A stretch of DNA of 64,000 nucleotides from an uncultured bacterium (GCA_965371445.1 CBDUYN010000009.1:20051-84050); one strand, 5' to 3'; counted from the stretch's first letter, positions 39,501 to 48,856 are shown. A program made the numbers and translations. Notes: generated by a model from the sequence alone, not told the origin.

Positions 39501-42500
39501 TCGGGTAGCTCGTCTTGCTGAAGCTTTTCAGCTCGGCGAAGTCGGCGTTTTCGTAGCCCTCTCTCAGGGGAAAGTTCTCGAAGACCAGGACGGTGTGAAA
39601 AAGGCTTTCTCCGGCCGCGACACCGCTCCATCTCCGAACGTCGACGAGCGGCGTCGCCTCGAAGCGGCACATCTCGGCCAGGCCGTCCTGGAGGCGCCGC
39701 AGGTACTCGCCAGCGGTTTCGCGGCGCTCGCCGAGCCGTATCCTGACCGGCAGGGTGTTGGCGAGGAGGCCGACGATCGACTCGGCGCCGGCGAGCTCGG
39801 CCGGCCGGCCGGCGACGGTGGCGCCGAAGACGACGTCGTCCTCGCCGGAGATCGCGGCCAGCACCCGGGCCCAGGCTCCCTGGACCACGGTGTTGAGCGT
39901 CAAGGCCCGTCGCCGGGCCGTGGCCTCAAGCGTCGCGGTGACGCCGGGCGAGAGGGCGAGCACGATCTCGCCGGGCGCGGCGTCCTCGTCGATTTCGAGG
40001 CTGCCGGGGGGAGGCGGCGGGAGAGGCGTCGGCGCTTCGAAGCCGGCCAGGGTCAGGCGATAGAAGGCCTCGGCTTCGCCGTTCGCCTTCTGCTCGGCCA
40101 ACCAGGCCAGGTAGTCGCGGAACGGCTGCGGCGGGGGAAGCCGTGGCTCCTCGCCGCGGCACAGGGCGTCGTAGGCCTTGGCCGCTTCGTCCAAGACCGT
40201 CGGCGTCGACCAGCCGTCGAGGAGCAGATGGTGGCAGCTCCAGACAAGTCGGCAGGTCTCGCCTCGTTCGCCGTCGCCGAGGCGTACGAGGAGGATTCGC
40301 GTCAAGGGCGCCTCGTCGAGGGCGAAGCCGCGGCGGCGGTCGTCCTCGAGGAGCCGCTCGACGTTGGCCGTCTGCTCGTCGCGGCCGAGGTGGCGAAAGT
40401 CGAGCTCCTCGAAGGGCAGCGTCACCTGGCGGTGGACGCGCTGGAGCGGCCGTTCGAGCCCCTCCCACACGAACGACGTCCGCAGCACCGCGTGCCGGTC
40501 GACGACCGTCTGCCAGGCGCGGCGGAGCGCGGTCCTCTCGACGTCCTGGAGGATCCAGCTGAGCTGCTCGAAGTAGACCCCGGAGCGCGGTGCCAGGCGG
40601 CTGTGAAAGAGCATCCCCTCCTGGAGCGGCGTCAGGGGATAGACGTCCTCGAGGTCGGTGGCCCGAGCGAAGGGTTGAAGCAGCCGTTCGAGGGCCGCCG
40701 GGTCGACCACCGCCAGGGGAAAGTCCGAGGGGGTCACGCCGCCGGCACCGGGCGAGAGGCAGTGTTGGACGAGGCGGCGCAGCTCGTCGCGCAAGCCGGC
40801 GGCCAGGCCCTCCACGGTCGACGGCTCGTGGACGTTCCTGCTGTAGGCCCACTCGAGCTCGAAGCGTCCGCCGGCGACGCCTCCGTTCAGATCGAGGAGG
40901 TGGGTCCGCATGCCGCGCCGGCTCTGCTCGGGGCCCGAAGCTTCGTGGGCGGCGAAGAGGCGCGAGCCGTCGAGGCGGGCTTCGGCGACGTGTCCGAGGT
41001 AGTTGAAGCTCACCTGGGGGACGAGACGGCGGCGGCGGCCGGACGGCACCTGCCGGAGCGTCTCCTTGACCGCCTTCAGGTCCGAGCCGACGTCCTTGCC
41101 GCGGACTCGAAGGGCCACGGGGTAGGTGACGGTGAACCAGCCGACGCTGCGTGAGAGGTCGACGTCCTCACCGAGCGCGTCGCGGCCGTGGGCTTCGAGC
41201 TCGACGACCGTGTCGCCGCCGCTCCACCGCGCCAGGACGCGCGCCAGGGCGGTGAGGAGGAGCTCCTCGGGGCGGGTCCGGTAGGCGGCGTTCGCCCGGC
41301 GCAGGAGGAGGTCGGTCTCCGCGGCGTCGAGGCGCGTCACGACGGTCGCCTCCGAGCCGAGCGTGTTGGCTCCTTCGTGGTCGACGGGAAGCGGTACCGT
41401 CTGGCGCACCAGCCGCGAGTAGCGCTCGAGCTCACCGGGCCCGAGCGCTTCCGTGTCGAGGCGGCGGGCCCAGTCCGGGAAGGCCGTGGTGGCGCTCGGC
41501 AGCTCGGGGGGAGATCCTTTCTCGTAGGCGCTGTAGAGGTGCTCGAGGTCGTCGAGGAGCACGCCCCAGGAGACCGCGTCGACGGCCAGGTGGTGGACGA
41601 CGGCGAGGAGCCGCTCGGGATTCTCGGCGCCGGCGTCGAGAAGGACGAGGCGCCAGATCGGTCCCGAGGTGAGGTCGAGGCTCGCCTGGACCTGGGCTTT
41701 GGCTCGTTCGAGGGCTTCCTCGAGCTTGTCCGGCTGCAGCCGGCTGAGGTCGAGCCGGGCCACCGGCGGCTCGCCTGCCTCGTCGAGGAGGAGCTGACGC
41801 CAGATCCCGCCGGAGCGCTCGAAGCGCAACCTGAGGGCGGCGTGGTGCTCGGCGAGGGGTCTGGCGGCGGCCGCGAGGAGCGGCACTTCGAGCCGGCGGC
41901 GCAGCACGAGAAGGACCGACTGGTTGTAGTGCCAGGGCTCGGGAAGCTGCCAGGCAAAGAAGCTCCTTTGGATCGGTGTCAGAGGCACGCCTCCGCTCTC
42001 CGGCGCCGTCGCGGCTTTGGCCGTCACGTCGCGGCTCGCCGCCAGGTGACGGGCCAGGGCGGCCACCGTCTGATGGCGGAAGAGGTCGCGCGGCTGGAGG
42101 TGGAGGCCCGCCGGACGCGCGCGGGCGAGGACTCGCAGGCTCAGGATCGAGTCGCCGCCGAGGGTGAAAAAGCTCTCCTCGGCCGCGACGTGGGGGAGGC
42201 CGAGGACGTCGGCCCAGATCCTGGCGAGGGTGTCCGCGATGCGGCGTTCCGCCGCCTCGTCGCCCGGCGCCGGGTCCTCGTCGGACGCTTCGGGGCGCGG
42301 CGCTTCCTGCCAACGGCGCGCGAGGACCTGGCGCTCTTCGGCCGGGGTGGCGAAGGCGAGCTCGCCGGTCCGGCGCCGTGGATCGCCGAGCGCGCTGCGC
42401 AGCAGGCTTTCGTAGTGGGCGAGCATCCGCGAGATGGTGGCGGCGTCATGGAGCTCGGCGTCGTGCTCGATGCCGGCGACGAGCTCCCCGCCGTCGTTCC

Positions 42501-45500
42501 AGACGGTGAGCGAGGGCTCGAACGCCACCGTGAAGCTCGTGGCGGCCACCGATTCGGCCCGGACCTCCTCCAGCTCGATCGTGGCTTTCTCGCTCAGCTG
42601 GTGGTCGAACATCACCTGGAAGATCGGGTTCGTGTCGAGATGGCGTTCGGGGCCGAGCTCCTCGACCAAGCGCTCGAAGGGCAGGTCCTGATGGGCGAAA
42701 GCGCCAAGGGCGATCTCCCGGACGTGCCGGAGGTGCCCGGTGAAGCTACGCTGCGCGTCGGTCCGAACCCTGAGCGGCAGGCTGTTGACGAAACAGCCGA
42801 TCAGAGCCTCGAGCTCGGGCCGGGTGCGGTTGGCGATCGGCGAGCCGACGACGAGGTCGTCCTGGCCGGTATAGCGTTCGAGAAGGAGCGTCCAGCCGGC
42901 GAGGAGCGTCATGAAAAGCGACGCCTTGTGCTCTCGGCCGAGCTCCTCGAGCGCGGTGCGCAGCTCCTTGTCGAGGTGGCGGCGTTCGATCGCACCGCGG
43001 TGGCGTGGCCGAGCCGAGCGCGGCCGGTCGGTGGCGAGCCGCAGCCGTGTGGGCGCGCCGGCGAGCGCCTCCTTCCAGTAGGCGAGCTGGCGGTCGAGGA
43101 TCTCGCCTTCCAACCACCGTCGCTGCCAGAGCGCGAAGTCGGCGTACTGCAAAACGGGCTCCGGTAGGGGGGAGGCTGCCCACCTCCCGGCGCGGTGACG
43201 CGCGGCGCGGTAGAGAGCTTCGAGCTCGCGGTAGAAGATGCCGTCGGACCAGCCGTCGGAGGCGATGTGGTGGATCGTGCGCAGGAGCACGTGCTCTCGC
43301 TCGCCGAGACGCAGGAGCATGGTGCGGATCGCCGGTCCCCGCGCGAGGTCGATTGGCCGCGCGGCTTCGTCGTCGACGAGGCGGTGGGCGAGGTCCGCGC
43401 GGCGCGCGGCGTCGAGGCTCGTGAGGTCGACGACGGCCGTCCGGGCGGCGCCGCCGGGTAAGGGGACCTGGCCGGCTTCACCGTCCTCTTCCTGGAAGCG
43501 TGCAGCGAGACCCTCGTGGCGGCGCGGGATCTCCGCCAAGGCGCCGAGAAGGGCGCCCGTGTCGAGGGGGCCGGTGAGGCGAAAGGCGTCGGCCATGAGA
43601 TAGGCGGTGCTCGTCTCCTCGAGTCGGTCGAGGAAGTAGAGGCGCTGCTGGGCAAAGGAGAGGGGGCCGCGCCGGCGGGGCGCCGCGGCGAGCGGCGGCT
43701 GGCTGAGGCGTGCGGCGTCGCCGTCGTCGATGCGGCGGAGGATCTCCGTGGCGAGACCGGCGAGCGTCGTCCGCTCGAAGAGCAGGCGGACCGGGACCTC
43801 GACGCCGAGGGCCCGGCGAAGCCGCGAGGTGACCTGGGTCGCGAGGAGGGAGTGTCCGCCGAGCTCGAAGAAGTCGTCGTCGGCGCTGATTCCGTCCCGC
43901 GAGAGGACTTCTCCCCAGATCGAGGCGATCTCGATCTCGAGCTCGCTTCGCGGCGCGGCGTAGGACGCTCCGGCGATCGCTTCTTCCGGGTCGGGAAGCG
44001 CGTCGCGGTCGATCTTGCCGGCGGGGGAGAGGGGGAGGGCTTCCAGGGCGACGAAGCTTGCCGGGACCATGTAGGCGGGGAGGCTGCGGCGCAGGAAGCT
44101 GCGGAGGTCTTCGGCGCTCGGCGCTGCCGCGGAGACGAGAAAGGCGACGAGCCGGCCGTCGCGCACCTGGACCACGGCCTCGTCGACCGCGTCGTGACGG
44201 GCGAGAAGCGCTTCGACCTCGCCGAGCTCGACGCGGAAGCCGCGGATCTTGACCTGGCGGTCGGTTCGTCCCAGGAGCTCCAGGGTTCCGTCGGCGAGCT
44301 CTCGGGCGAGGTCGCCCGTGCGGTAGAGGCGTTCTCCCGGCCGCCGGGCGTGGGGGTTGGGGACGAAGCGCCGGGCGGTCACCGCGGCACGCCGGTGGTA
44401 CCCACGGGCAAGGCCCGGGGAGGCGATCGAGAGCTCGCCGGCGGCGCCGACGGGGGTGAGGCGCAGGACCGGGTCGAGGACGAGGACCTGGACGCCGTCG
44501 ACCGGGCGTCCGATGCGTGCCGCGCCCCGGGGCAGGAATCCCTTGAGAGGCTGGATCGCCGCTTCGACACTCGCCTCGGTGGGTCCGTAGCCGTTCCAGA
44601 GCTCGATTCTCTCACCCAGGCGCCGGCGCCAGGCGTCGATGCGCTCGCCGATCACCTGCTCGCCGCCGAAGCTCACCAGGCGCAGCGACGGCGCCAGGAC
44701 GTCGCCGCGGCGCTCGACCTCGGCCGCCAGCTCGTGCCAGAAGGCCGTGGGCGGCAGGAGGACGCTCACCTGGTGCTCACGGCAGCGTCGCAGGTGGGCG
44801 TCGATCGATCCGGCCATCTCGTCGTCGCGCAGGACGAGCGCCGCACCCATCGCCAGCGTCGGGAAGATCTCGCCGACGCTGATGTCGAAGCTGATCGAGG
44901 CAAACTGCAGCACTCTTTCGCCGGCACCGAGGCCGTAATGACGGCCGCTTGCGAGGCAATACCAGGCGAGCGCTCCGTGCGAGACGACGACACCTTTGGG
45001 CTCGCCGGTCGAGCCGGAGGTATAGATCACGTAGGCCGCGCTTTCGGGGTTCGCGGCGGAGAATCTCTCGTCTTCCTCTCGCAGCTCGGAAGTCGAAGAG
45101 AAGAGGTCGGTTCTCGCAACTTCGTCCGTCAGGAGGTGCTCGATCTCCGAGTCTTCGATCATCAAAGCGAGGCGTTCCTCGGGGTAGCCGGGGTCGAGGG
45201 GCACGTAGGCGCCGCCGGCGCGAAGCACACCGATAAAAGCGGCAACGAGCTCGACGGAGCGGCCGATCGAGACTCCGACGCGGCACTCGGGACCCACTCC
45301 CCGACGCCGCAGGGCTCGTCCTGCTTGCGAGGCCAGGTCGTCCAGCTCCTGGTAGGTGAGCTGGCGCCCGGAAGCGACGTCGATCAACGCCGGCGCCTGT
45401 GGCCTTTCCCTGACCTGGGCTCCGAAGAGCGTCAAGAACGTAGAAGGCTCCTCTCCCGTCTGCCCGGCGGGACGCCTTTGCGTGTCGTTCCACTCGGTCA

Positions 45501-48500
45501 GGATTTGATGCGTTCCGGCTGGAGAGAAAAAGCCTATTTCTTGGAGCCTGCGCTCGGGGCTCGTGGCGGCGTCGAGCGCCAGGATTTCGAGGTGGGCGAG
45601 GAGGCGGTGGACCGTCGTGGCGTCAAAAAGGGTGGCGTCATATTCGACCAGAGCGACGAGACTCGTCCCCTCTTCGCGGATCGAAAGCGACGGCTCGAGC
45701 TCGGCCCCGCCGGGGAGAAGCTCGCTCCGGCGGACCCGAAGCGTAGCGAGGCCGAGGTGCTCCGGGACGTTCTGGAGGTCGAACATCACCTGAAAGAAGG
45801 GGTTTCGGTCGAGCTGGCGCTCCGGCCGAAGCTCCTCGACCAGCCGTTCGAAGGGGAGCTCCTGGTGGCTGTAGGCTTGGAGAGCCGTCTCGCGCACGCG
45901 TTGCAGAAGCTCTCGAAAGCTCGGATCGCCCCGCAAGTCGCCCCGCAAGACGAGCGTGTTGACAAAAAATCCAATCAACCCTTCCGTCTCCGGGCGGTGG
46001 CGTCCGGCGACCGGCGAGCCGACGAGGACGTCGCGGAGGCCGCACAAGCGGTGAAGCAGAGTCATCCAGATAGCGAGAAGGGTCATGAAAAGCGACGTTC
46101 CAGCGCTACGGCCGACCTCTTCCAGGGCGCTGCGGAGGCCGGCGTCCAGGGTCTTGCTCTGGCGGCCCCGGCGGCCTCGAAGGGCTCGATCGCGGGGACG
46201 GTCTGCGGGAAGCTCCAGAACGGCCGGCGCGCCGTCGAGCTGCTCTCGCCAATAGGCGATCTCTTTCGCGAGGCGAGCCGCGTCGAAAGCCGCGCTCTGC
46301 CACAGGGTGAAGTCGCCATACTGGACCGGTAACCGTGGCAGCGGCGAAGCTCGCCCTGCGCGGCAGGCATCGTAGAGCTGATCGAGCTCTCGATAGAGGA
46401 CACCGAGCGACCATCCGTCGGCGATGATGTGGTGGAGCGCGAGGTCGAAGAAGTGCTCGTCGTGGCGTAGCCGCAGCAAGACGGCACGAACGAGGGGTCC
46501 ACGTCCGAGGTCGAAAGGCCGCTCGGCTTCCCGCCGGGCGAGCTGCCGGGCGACTTGCCGCCGTGATCCTTCCGGCAGCCCCGTCAGGTCGACCAGGATC
46601 CGCGGGAAGCTCCCCCGGGGTGCGACGTGCTGCTCGGGCCGGCCGTCCTGGGCGGGGAAGGTGGTGCGCAGCGTCTCGTGCCGGGCGACGAGGGCGTCGA
46701 GCGCCGCGTCGAGCGCGGCAGGGTCGAGCTCCCCTTCGAGGTGCAAGCGTTCGGCGAGGTTGTAAGCGGCGCTTTCCGGGGCGAGCTGCTCCAGGAACCA
46801 GAGCCTCTGCTGGGCGAAAGAGAGGGGCAAGGGCCGGCCCTTTGGGTGCCTGGGCCCGAGGGGCGCGTCCCTGGACTTGGCGGCGTGGTCGACCGCGGCC
46901 GCCAGTCGTCTGGGTGTGGGGTGGTCGAAGAGGCTGCGCGGCGAAAGCTCGGCGCCGAAGCGGCGGCGCAGCCGTGAGACGACCTGGACAGCGAGGAGCG
47001 AATGGCCACCCAGGGCGAAGAAGTCGTCCTCCACTCCGAGATCGGATCTCCCGAGGACCTCGCTCCAGGTGGCGAGGACCGCCTCCTCGACCTCGGTACG
47101 TGGTCGCAGGACCTGGCGTCCCGATCCGGGCAGGGGACGCCGGGCGAGGGCGTTGCGGTCGACCTTGCCGCTTGGGGTGAGCGGGAGCTTCTCGAGGCCG
47201 ACGAAAACGGCCGGCACCATGTAGTCGGGGAGAGTCTCAGCGAGGTCGCGACGGAGCTCGGCGGCGAGCTCGGCCGAGGGCCGGGGCCCGACGAGATAGG
47301 CCACCAGCCGGGCGTCGCCGGAGTCGGTGGCGTTCCTGTGCGCCACGACCACGGCTTCGACGACCTCGGGGTGGCGTCTGAGGGCGCCTTCGACCTCCGC
47401 GGGCTCGATACGAAAGCCGCGTAGCTTGAGCTGATCGTCGATACGTCCGGCGAGCTCCAGGATGCCGCTGCCACAGCGCCGCCCCAGGTCGCCCGTGCGG
47501 TAGAGCCGGCTACCGGGAGGGCCGAAGGGGTCGGGGACGAAGCGTTCGGCGGTGAGGGCAGGCTGGGAGCAGTAGGCCCGGGCGAGGCCGTCGCCGCCGA
47601 TCAGGATCTCCCCAGGCTCGCCGGGTGCGGTGGGCGTAAGGCCTTTGCCGAGCAGATGGATCCGAGTGCGGTCGATCGGCTCGCCGAGGGGGGCGGTACC
47701 GCGGCGCGCCGGGGTGTCGATGCGCGAGAGGCTCGACCAAACCGTGGTCTCCGTCGGACCGTACAAGTTCCAGAGCTCAGCCGTTCGGCCGAGCAGGTCG
47801 GCTGCAAGGTCGGCGGGCAGCGCCTCCCCCCCGCACAGGGCCTTGAGGCCGGGGTGGCCTCGCCAGCCGCTCCCGACGAGGAGGCGCCAGGTCGCCGGTG
47901 TGGCCTGCATGAGCGTGGCACCTGAGATTTCGAGCACGTGCGCGAGCTGGATCGGATCGCTCGCGACGTCGCGGTCGACGAGCACGATTCGAGCGCCGAC
48001 GGCAAGCGGCAGCAGAAGCTCCAGGATGGCGATGTCGAAGCCCACCGTGGTCAAAGCCAAGACCGTGTCGCAGGACGTCATCCCGGGCCTTGAGGCCATC
48101 GAGTCCAGGAAATTGTCGAGGGCGCCGCGGCTGACCTCGACGCCTTTCGGGCGCCCCGTGGATCCAGAGGTGTAGATCAGGTAGGCGAGGCTCTCGGCAT
48201 GATGACGTGGAATCGGAGGAATGTCAGGGTTCTCCAGGATATCCGTCCCATCCACGTCAATCCTCTGGAGGCTCGACCTCCGTGGAAGGTCATAGGTTCC
48301 GTTTTCAGTCAGGAGGTGCCTGGCTCCGGCGTCGCTCAGCATGGCGGCGAGCCGTTGGCGTGGCAGGGAAGGGTCGAGCGGCAGGTACGCGGCTCCGGCC
48401 TTCAAGACCGCAAGGAGCGCGACCACGAGCTCGTCGCTTCGCTCCAGAAGGAGCCCCACTCGGCTTTCGGGGCCCGCGCCGAGCCGGCGCAGATGGTGGG

Positions 48501-48663
48501 CGAGCCGGTTGGCACGCCTTTCGAGCTCCGCGCGGCGGATCGTGCGTTCACCGACGAGGAGCGCTACGGCCTCGCCGTTGCGACGAGCCTGACGCTCGAA
48601 GCTGTGAGGAAAGGATCTTTCCGCTCCTCTACGCCATGGACTGATCTCAAACCGTTCCGTCAT
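33586..48663 (-). CDS. NRPS-A, ~5025 aa: A-T-C-A-T-C-T-E-C-A-T-C-A-T-TE
   Basis: Four A domains (YTSGSTG), five T domains (GGHSL x4, GGDSI), C motifs HHIIADG, HHIASDG, HHLLLDG, HHIVFDG, E motif HHLAVDAVSW and TE GWSMGG. GGAGG RBS before ATG 48663. Confidence 0.95.
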   Translation of the reverse strand: MTERFEISPWRRGAERSFPHSFERQARRNGEAVALLVGERTIRRAELERRANRLAHHLRRLGAGPESRVGLLLERSDELVVALLAVLKAGAAYLPLDPSLPRQRLAAMLSDAGARHLLTENGTYDLPRRSSLQRIDVDGTDILENPDIPPIPRHHAESLAYLIYTSGSTGRPKGVEVSRGALDNFLDSMASRPGMTSCDTVLALTTVGFDIAILELLLPLAVGARIVLVDRDVASDPIQLAHVLEISGATLMQATPATWRLLVGSGWRGHPGLKALCGGEALPADLAADLLGRTAELWNLYGPTETTVWSSLSRIDTPARRGTAPLGEPIDRTRIHLLGKGLTPTAPGEPGEILIGGDGLARAYCSQPALTAERFVPDPFGPPGSRLYRTGDLGRRCGSGILELAGRIDDQLKLRGFRIEPAEVEGALRRHPEVVEAVVVAHRNATDSGDARLVAYLVGPRPSAELAAELRRDLAETLPDYMVPAVFVGLEKLPLTPSGKVDRNALARRPLPGSGRQVLRPRTEVEEAVLATWSEVLGRSDLGVEDDFFALGGHSLLAVQVVSRLRRRFGAELSPRSLFDHPTPRRLAAAVDHAAKSRDAPLGPRHPKGRPLPLSFAQQRLWFLEQLAPESAAYNLAERLHLEGELDPAALDAALDALVARHETLRTTFPAQDGRPEQHVAPRGSFPRILVDLTGLPEGSRRQVARQLARREAERPFDLGRGPLVRAVLLRLRHDEHFFDLALHHIIADGWSLGVLYRELDQLYDACRAGRASPLPRLPVQYGDFTLWQSAAFDAARLAKEIAYWREQLDGAPAVLELPADRPRDRALRGRRGRQSKTLDAGLRSALEEVGRSAGTSLFMTLLAIWMTLLHRLCGLRDVLVGSPVAGRHRPETEGLIGFFVNTLVLRGDLRGDPSFRELLQRVRETALQAYSHQELPFERLVEELRPERQLDRNPFFQVMFDLQNVPEHLGLATLRVRRSELLPGGAELEPSLSIREEGTSLVALVEYDATLFDATTVHRLLAHLEILALDAATSPERRLQEIGFFSPAGTHQILTEWNDTQRRPAGQTGEEPSTFLTLFGAQVRERPQAPALIDVASGRQLTYQELDDLASQAGRALRRRGVGPECRVGVSIGRSVELVAAFIGVLRAGGAYVPLDPGYPEERLALMIEDSEIEHLLTDEVARTDLFSSTSELREEDERFSAANPESAAYVIYTSGSTGEPKGVVVSHGALAWYCLASGRHYGLGAGERVLQFASISFDISVGEIFPTLAMGAALVLRDDEMAGSIDAHLRRCREHQVSVLLPPTAFWHELAAEVERRGDVLAPSLRLVSFGGEQVIGERIDAWRRRLGERIELWNGYGPTEASVEAAIQPLKGFLPRGAARIGRPVDGVQVLVLDPVLRLTPVGAAGELSIASPGLARGYHRRAAVTARRFVPNPHARRPGERLYRTGDLARELADGTLELLGRTDRQVKIRGFRVELGEVEALLARHDAVDEAVVQVRDGRLVAFLVSAAAPSAEDLRSFLRRSLPAYMVPASFVALEALPLSPAGKIDRDALPDPEEAIAGASYAAPRSELEIEIASIWGEVLSRDGISADDDFFELGGHSLLATQVTSRLRRALGVEVPVRLLFERTTLAGLATEILRRIDDGDAARLSQPPLAAAPRRRGPLSFAQQRLYFLDRLEETSTAYLMADAFRLTGPLDTGALLGALAEIPRRHEGLAARFQEEDGEAGQVPLPGGAARTAVVDLTSLDAARRADLAHRLVDDEAARPIDLARGPAIRTMLLRLGEREHVLLRTIHHIASDGWSDGIFYRELEALYRAARHRAGRWAASPLPEPVLQYADFALWQRRWLEGEILDRQLAYWKEALAGAPTRLRLATDRPRSARPRHRGAIERRHLDKELRTALEELGREHKASLFMTLLAGWTLLLERYTGQDDLVVGSPIANRTRPELEALIGCFVNSLPLRVRTDAQRSFTGHLRHVREIALGAFAHQDLPFERLVEELGPERHLDTNPIFQVMFDHQLSEKATIELEEVRAESVAATSFTVAFEPSLTVWNDGGELVAGIEHDAELHDAATISRMLAHYESLLRSALGDPRRRTGELAFATPAEERQVLARRWQEAPRPEASDEDPAPGDEAAERRIADTLARIWADVLGLPHVAAEESFFTLGGDSILSLRVLARARPAGLHLQPRDLFRHQTVAALARHLAASRDVTAKAATAPESGGVPLTPIQRSFFAWQLPEPWHYNQSVLLVLRRRLEVPLLAAAARPLAEHHAALRLRFERSGGIWRQLLLDEAGEPPVARLDLSRLQPDKLEEALERAKAQVQASLDLTSGPIWRLVLLDAGAENPERLLAVVHHLAVDAVSWGVLLDDLEHLYSAYEKGSPPELPSATTAFPDWARRLDTEALGPGELERYSRLVRQTVPLPVDHEGANTLGSEATVVTRLDAAETDLLLRRANAAYRTRPEELLLTALARVLARWSGGDTVVELEAHGRDALGEDVDLSRSVGWFTVTYPVALRVRGKDVGSDLKAVKETLRQVPSGRRRRLVPQVSFNYLGHVAEARLDGSRLFAAHEASGPEQSRRGMRTHLLDLNGGVAGGRFELEWAYSRNVHEPSTVEGLAAGLRDELRRLVQHCLSPGAGGVTPSDFPLAVVDPAALERLLQPFARATDLEDVYPLTPLQEGMLFHSRLAPRSGVYFEQLSWILQDVERTALRRAWQTVVDRHAVLRTSFVWEGLERPLQRVHRQVTLPFEELDFRHLGRDEQTANVERLLEDDRRRGFALDEAPLTRILLVRLGDGERGETCRLVWSCHHLLLDGWSTPTVLDEAAKAYDALCRGEEPRLPPPQPFRDYLAWLAEQKANGEAEAFYRLTLAGFEAPTPLPPPPPGSLEIDEDAAPGEIVLALSPGVTATLEATARRRALTLNTVVQGAWARVLAAISGEDDVVFGATVAGRPAELAGAESIVGLLANTLPVRIRLGERRETAGEYLRRLQDGLAEMCRFEATPLVDVRRWSGVAAGESLFHTVLVFENFPLREGYENADFAELKSFSKTSYPMTLYALPGHRLTFELSYDRRRVGAALARRSLHHLETVLTALADGFGQEAAELSVLSAAERHQLSVEWAPGPSTTPPVRSALQLFEAEARRKAGSVALVFRPADALAEELTYGELDRRAEELARRLRDVGVGPEALVGVAVERSVEMVVALLAVWKAGGAYVPLDPSYPAERLELIMDDAGLAALVAKKGWLADRRPRASTPPLPGDESPGYSLDNLAYVLYTSGSTGQPKGVEVTHRTLVQLLAAMARRPGLHRRDVVLAVTTISFDIAALELWLPLTRGARVVLVDRATASDGERLREALADTGATLLQGTPATWRLLLDAGWPGGDGLKALCGGEEMPRGLAQELHRRSPEAWNLYGPTEATVWSLVHRVDATPGAVPIGRPVDATRVHVLGPRMEAVAIAAPGEVHLGGGGLARGYRRRPAVTAERFVPNPFADRGARLYRTGDLARWRHDATLEFLGRRDHQVKVRGFRIELGEVEAALIAVEGVREAAVLVQGEGSERRLVAHLVADTARDPGELRAALLEKLPAHMVPAAFTAVDEMPRSPTGKVDRRALARRSVEALAEAVTPPATPTEEILAGIWSRVLERRRISVDESFFVLGGHSLNALQVVSRIRTDLGRELALRVFFDGPTIRELARHLETAPPLAAAPPILPAPPGGDLPLSFAQERMWLLEGLDLASGTRYHVHSALALQGPLDVAALAAALRGVVQRHEVLRSRFPSQAGEPCLRIAPSGDAALPIVDLSALPAERRQPTAGKLCRREAHRSFGLADGPLLRAVLFVLGPGRHVFSRTVHHIVFDGYSETIFHHELGELYRAARHRRPSPLAPLPIAYADFARWQRRHLGGETLRRELDWWRHHLDGLPPALHLPADRPRPAERRPRPALYARQLPASLSQGLERLRLEAGTTFFMTSLAAFAALAGRYAGTNDVVLGSPVANRNRRETEGLAGLFVNTVLLRVDLGGDPTVRELLHRVREVALDVHAHQDLPFERLVQELAPHRRPGENPLFEVMFLEDDGDDVPELEELEAMPFDEDEGTALFELTLSVSRSADGVTGTADYDAGLFDETSVRRLLSGYENLLRGFVEAPDRRIGELDLLGTAERHQLLREWNDTAADWGEEALTVPRLFAEQAARTGEADAIVFAGRTWSYRELHERTLQLAGFLRGLGVGPEKRVGLLGERSPEMVVALLATLAAGGTAVPVDPAHPRMRLAWTIDDARLSLLLTQEKLRPLVDELGPLPALCLDADWPVIERRGAPAPPADVDPDAAAYLIYTSGSTGRPKAAVNTHRGLANHLLWMRRDYPLSTLDRVAQKTPASFDVAIWETLWPLLCGAALVVAKPGGHLDSAYLAHLVAREKVTVLHHVPSTLPLWLEEDEAERSASLRWVICGGEALPGGHAERFAERFAEATTLHNFYGPAEASIGVTARACERRPETAVLALGRPGANTDLHLLDDELRPVPIGAAGELFVGAAPPGRGYWNGPRPTAERFLPDPWSGRRGARLYRTGDLARRGADGTIHFLGRTDHQVKLRGQRIEPGEVEAELARHPAVRQAAVVVRELTSADQGLVAFVVAREARRETGSAEWRRFLNERLPAAMVPAAFVTIDALPSTPAGKVDRGELVRRPLPTAERQATCPTGPTERRLAAVYAEVLGLESVEGDGEFFALGGHSLLAVRLLARIEERLGVALALSELFHEPTLRRLAARIDGQPGPRPSLVVELAAGEPTPLFCVHPVGGHVLGYRELVAHLPPELSVYALQSVGHEDGKPFLGDVEAMARAYLAAVREVSLQGPYLLGGWSMGGWIAFEMARQLRDDGGEAALVVLIDSAVPGENGSSTSSLAAFAEELGIPAELCDPAWEALPPEEGLRRLHDRARTNELLENGIGPKRLGHLYRLFRNNLEAIDRYVPGFYDGRITLLLSADWTEEELASWHDVAADVEISRVPGDHRSMMREPHVRVLAERLSASLARSAPKA

Positions 48664-48695
48664 TCCTCCCCCGAAAGAGACGAAGATCTGGGCGG

Positions 48696-48849
48696 ATTCT
48701 ACGTGATTTACCCCGCCTTGGGCCGGTGGGCCGTGAGGGAGGCCCGAGGTTGGGCGATTTTGTCGACTTTGAGCCGCCTTGCTTTGAGCTTTTCCACCGA
48801 CCGACTGGTCGGAATGTGGGTTGTCAGACGGTGTCAGAAAGGCTAAGCT
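48696..48849. promoter_or_regulatory. Divergent promoter region between NRPS-A and the kinase receptor
   Basis: Plus strand TTGTCA (48821-48826)-N17-TAAGCT (48844-48849), 7 nt before GTG 48857; TGTCAGA direct repeat at 48822 and 48832; minus-strand TAGAAT at 48696-48701. Confidence 0.5.
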
Positions 48850-48856
48850 TCCGGTC

